A DNA stretch of 64,000 nt from Octopus vulgaris. Taxonomy: Eukaryota. The notes below the pieces were generated by a model, which saw only the letters and a list, made by a program, of their open reading frames with translations, was not told where the DNA came from and did no database searches. Made by a program: the position numbers and the translations under genes. The stretch covers positions 187,736,001 to 187,800,000 of the forward strand of contig OX597814.1 of the NCBI GenBank assembly GCA_951406725.2, written 5' to 3'. Of this stretch, positions 60,331 through 64,000 are shown one piece after another. Every line of letters begins with the position of its first letter. Position 1 is the stretch's first letter.

Positions 60331-61743
60331 TGGACACCGATATAGACCACAACATTCAAACGTCCGACAATCCACCGATTTTGGTTATCACCCGTCCTAG
60401 TCAACTCCTCAGCTTCACTTAATTGACCGTTCTTCCCCCACCTGATTTAGGCCAACGACAGAAATCATTATTATTACTATAAGGGTAGGACAGCGAGCTC
60501 ACTCTTTATACTTTGCACTGTTTCTTGCGGTTCTTTACATTCTGAGTTCAAATCTCGCCAAGGTAAACCTTGCTTTTCAAGATCGATAAAAAGCAAGTAT
60601 CAATAGATTAACACTGCCCTTACATCTTGTATCTTGTATGTTTTTGCATGCAGAATTCAAAAATAATGTCAAATTATCTGTATCACCCACAGTTTCTCTG
60701 TTCCACGATATCCCTCTCAGTTCCTGTTACGTGGGCTAAATTTCAGTTAAGCTGTTGAAATGTGAAGCTAACGGTTAAAGAAATACTCCGAATTAAAATT
60801 TTCATGAACAGAATTAACCTAGTGAAATCATAAAACCAGCTAAGTCAACGAGTCCCAAAAATATATGAAATGAAAAATATGTAAAAATACTAAGTGTGAA
60901 AAATCAACATAGACAACTGTAGCACAGACAACAGTGAACCACAACACAGCGTGTAGTTGTTATGGTAACAAGTTGTTAATGTCACGCCGTCTGTTGATTG
61001 GCTAAAATCACCCAAATTTCCCGACTTTAATTCCACGTAACATCAAATTCTTTAATTTACGAGATGAAGTAATTGGTTGATCGTAATCAAAGTACAGAGT
61101 TGCATCGATACCCCAAAATTGAAAGCAATCTGAGCAAAATTAAGTGGGGCTCATTTTGTGAATGAGAAACTAGATCCCATCTCCTGCTCAGTATACCAAC
61201 ATCACTTAATATATTGAGTAGGGAGCTGACCTCATGGTATATAATGCTCACCACCGCAATTATATCCTTCCTCAACTCCTGATATAATCGTAGAACCTAT
61301 GACTATATCAGTGGTTTCAGCTCAACTAAAATTTTCCTTTTCACTTCATTTCCAACACTACTTTCGAGAGACAGATTTTTTGAGTTGTAGACTTAATCCG
61401 ACGCCCAGTTTAACACCGTCACATGGCTGTAAAGTGTCTTTTCACAGAGTACACCCTGTTTCAAGTATTTGATCCTAATCTTCTAATTTTCCCGTACTCA
61501 AAATAGACGTTTTTGTGCTTGGTCAAAACAAAAGAAGTGAGCGAACAAGGGAACTTTTGCATGGTTGTTAGACCAGCTAGAAAACACAACCAGGCCTGCC
61601 TTCAATAATTTCCTACTGTCTTTTAAAAAAAGACACATGGAATAACATAATTGTATATACAGTGTTCGAAGCAAGAAGAAAAACCATATAGTCATGGCTG
61701 GAAAGCTTTTGATCAGAGGACTCGTGCATCAGGGTTGATCTGG

Positions 61744-62071
61744 GGATCTTTTCGCTTTGACCGGAAGATTTTAAAAATAAGTTATTTTTAACTAAACACA
61801 ATAGCAGTGACATACTGACTGCGCACCACCGGTTGTTGTTGTTGACAAAATAACACAGAAACAGTATTTACCTCAATACACGTCATTGATTGGTTGAAAT
61901 TGCCGAAATTCAAGAAATTAAACAAGAAATAGCTTACAAACTACACAATTTTCTCAAGAAGGCCAAGAGAAAAAGATGTTTTATGTGACATTCTACCAGT
62001 ATACGAAGTTTAAAAGTGTTTAGTTACAAATAACTTATTTTTAAAATCTGCCGGTCAAAGCGAAAAGATCC
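61744..62071. mobile_element. MITE, GGATC-terminus family, perfect 8-bp TSD
   Basis: TIR GGATCTTTTCGCTTTGACCGG / CCGGTCAAAGCGAAAAGATCC; TSD TGATCTGG at 61736-61743 and 62072-62079. Confidence 0.92.
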
Positions 62072-62703
62072 TGATCTGGGACTAAATAACACCACCACCA
62101 AAAACGAAAGGTAGTGTCTGGTTGAGAGAATGGTAAATGGTGAAAGTAGTACAGTAAGAATACAGAGTCTCTATTCTTTGGGAGCAAACGTACAACAACG
62201 GCGAATTTCGACAGTTTCAATTACTCCACTGACGTCAGACCATACAAGCTTTTTAGTTCAACTAATTTCGGGTATTGCCCTTTATCTGGGCGAGAAGGAA
62301 AAGAGCGACATACTTTATCTTTCACCGTCCGTCTGTCTCTGTTTGAGAAAGTGATGTAGCTTGGACAGTAAAAAAAAACCCCAGAAAATCTCTTGGTAAC
62401 CGAATTCGTTTTACAGTTTTCATTCTAGTATTGTAGTTATTTAAGTTTCACGCGCGCGAGCGGGTATGTGTTGTGAGAAAGCGAGAAATAGGAAGAGAAA
62501 GAGAGAAACACAAATATTAGGCACAAACATTCTCATATACCCAGTACTGCGCGTGAGCCCAGGAGGGCGCGTCTGCTTTTCCTTGGCTTGCTAGAAATAG
62601 CAACCAAATCCCACCCTACTTAATTCAAATCATATGTTGCCGTCTTAACGAACAAGAGAGACACATTGGATAATGTAAATCCTAGATATCATATATCTGA
62701 TCG

Positions 62704-62803
<100 letters not shown>

Positions 62804-63029
62804 CGGGTTAAATAAGGAGGTGGTCTCGACTGGCATACTTTTGATCATATAGAACTGCTCAGTCAGGGTTGACCTGGGGGACTAAACAACAATAACAAGA
62901 AGACAAACAATATTACCCGTAGTAGGAAACATTCTTTCCATGGAGACCGATTTGGCCTGTCGGTGAATCTGGTGTGAGTGGGCGAGGCGAGGCGGAAAGC
63001 CACGGAATTTAACCTTCTTTTATATATGT

Positions 63030-63570
63030 GTGTGTGTATGTATGTATGTATGAATGGTGTGTATGTATGTATGAATGTATGAATGGTGTGTATGTATATA
63101 TGAATGGTGTGTATGTATGGATGTATGTATGTATGAATGGTGTGTATGTATGTATGAATGGTGTGTATGTATGGATGTTTGTATGTATGAATGGTGTGTA
63201 TGTATGTATGAATGGTGTGTATGTATGGATGTTTGTATGTATGAATGGTGTGTATGTATGTATGAATGGTGTGTATGTATGGATGTTTGTATGTATGAAT
63301 GGTGTGTATGTATGTATGAATGGTGTGTATGTATGGATGTATGTATGTATGAATGGTGTGTATGTATATGAATGGTGTGTATGTATGGATGTTTGTATGT
63401 ATGAATGGTGTGTATGTATGAATGGTGTGTATGTATGTATGTATGTATGAATGGTGTGTATGTATGTATGTATGAATGGTGTGTGTGTGTGTATGTATGT
63501 ATGAATGTATGTATGTATGTATGTATGAATGGTGCGTATGTATGTATGTATGAATGGTGTGTATGTATGT
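63030..63570. repeat. Minisatellite built on ATGAATGGTGTGTATGT units
   Basis: Alternating short and long units; source of the HTYTPFI ORFs. Confidence 0.95.
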
Positions 63571-63659
63571 TTATATGTATGTATGCATGAACCTGTGTGT
63601 GTATGTGTGTAAGAGTATGCGTGTATACGTATATAACACACAGCTAAAGGAGATTATAT

Positions 63660-63674
63660 ATATCCATCCATCCG

Positions 63675-63762
<88 letters not shown>

Positions 63763-63794
63763 GATACATACATACATACACACACACATACATG

Positions 63795-63832
<38 letters not shown>

Positions 63833-63872
63833 CGTATATGTACGTGCGTGTATATATATGTATGTATGTGTA

Positions 63873-63919
<47 letters not shown>

Positions 63920-64000
63920 GTACCTATCTATATCTCTGTTTCTATCTATCTAGATACATACATACACATATATGTCTGTGTATATATGTGTGTATATATA
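63660..64000. repeat. (TCTA)n, (TA)n and (TACA)n microsatellites
   Basis: Seen directly. Confidence 0.95.

Noticed and set aside
63009-63641. 210-aa HTYTPFI-repeat ORF
   Set aside because: Minisatellite translation with no sign of coding function.

Overview
AT-rich, repeat-dominated animal genomic DNA. The SINE, RTE and microsatellite content looks like an octopus (cephalopod) genome, which is an inference from pattern recognition. I recognise no host protein-coding gene, and most ORFs in the track are microsatellite or SINE translations. The window holds: three abundant tRNA-type SINE groups (called A, C and D here); a 5'-truncated RTE LINE with an open RT frame and an embedded PHD-type zinc finger; many RTE 3'-tail fragments; CR1-like and R4/Dong-like LINE relics; Penelope-like relics; a hAT transposon with a spliced transposase remnant; mariner/Tc1 relics; several MITE families; and Helitron- and Helentron-like elements. 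Most interesting: (1) a tRNA-Lys/U6 chimera in which U6 is circularly permuted with a 13-nt terminal redundancy (14108-14312); (2) a 376-bp TSD-flanked retroposon that starts at the predicted cleavage site of a minimal HDV-like ribozyme fold (55373-55748); (3) seven hammerhead ribozyme motifs, intact or decayed, in Penelope-like terminal repeats; (4) a U2 snRNA/RTE-tail chimera (727-1295). Coordinates were counted by eye and may be off by a few bases. No database searches were run.
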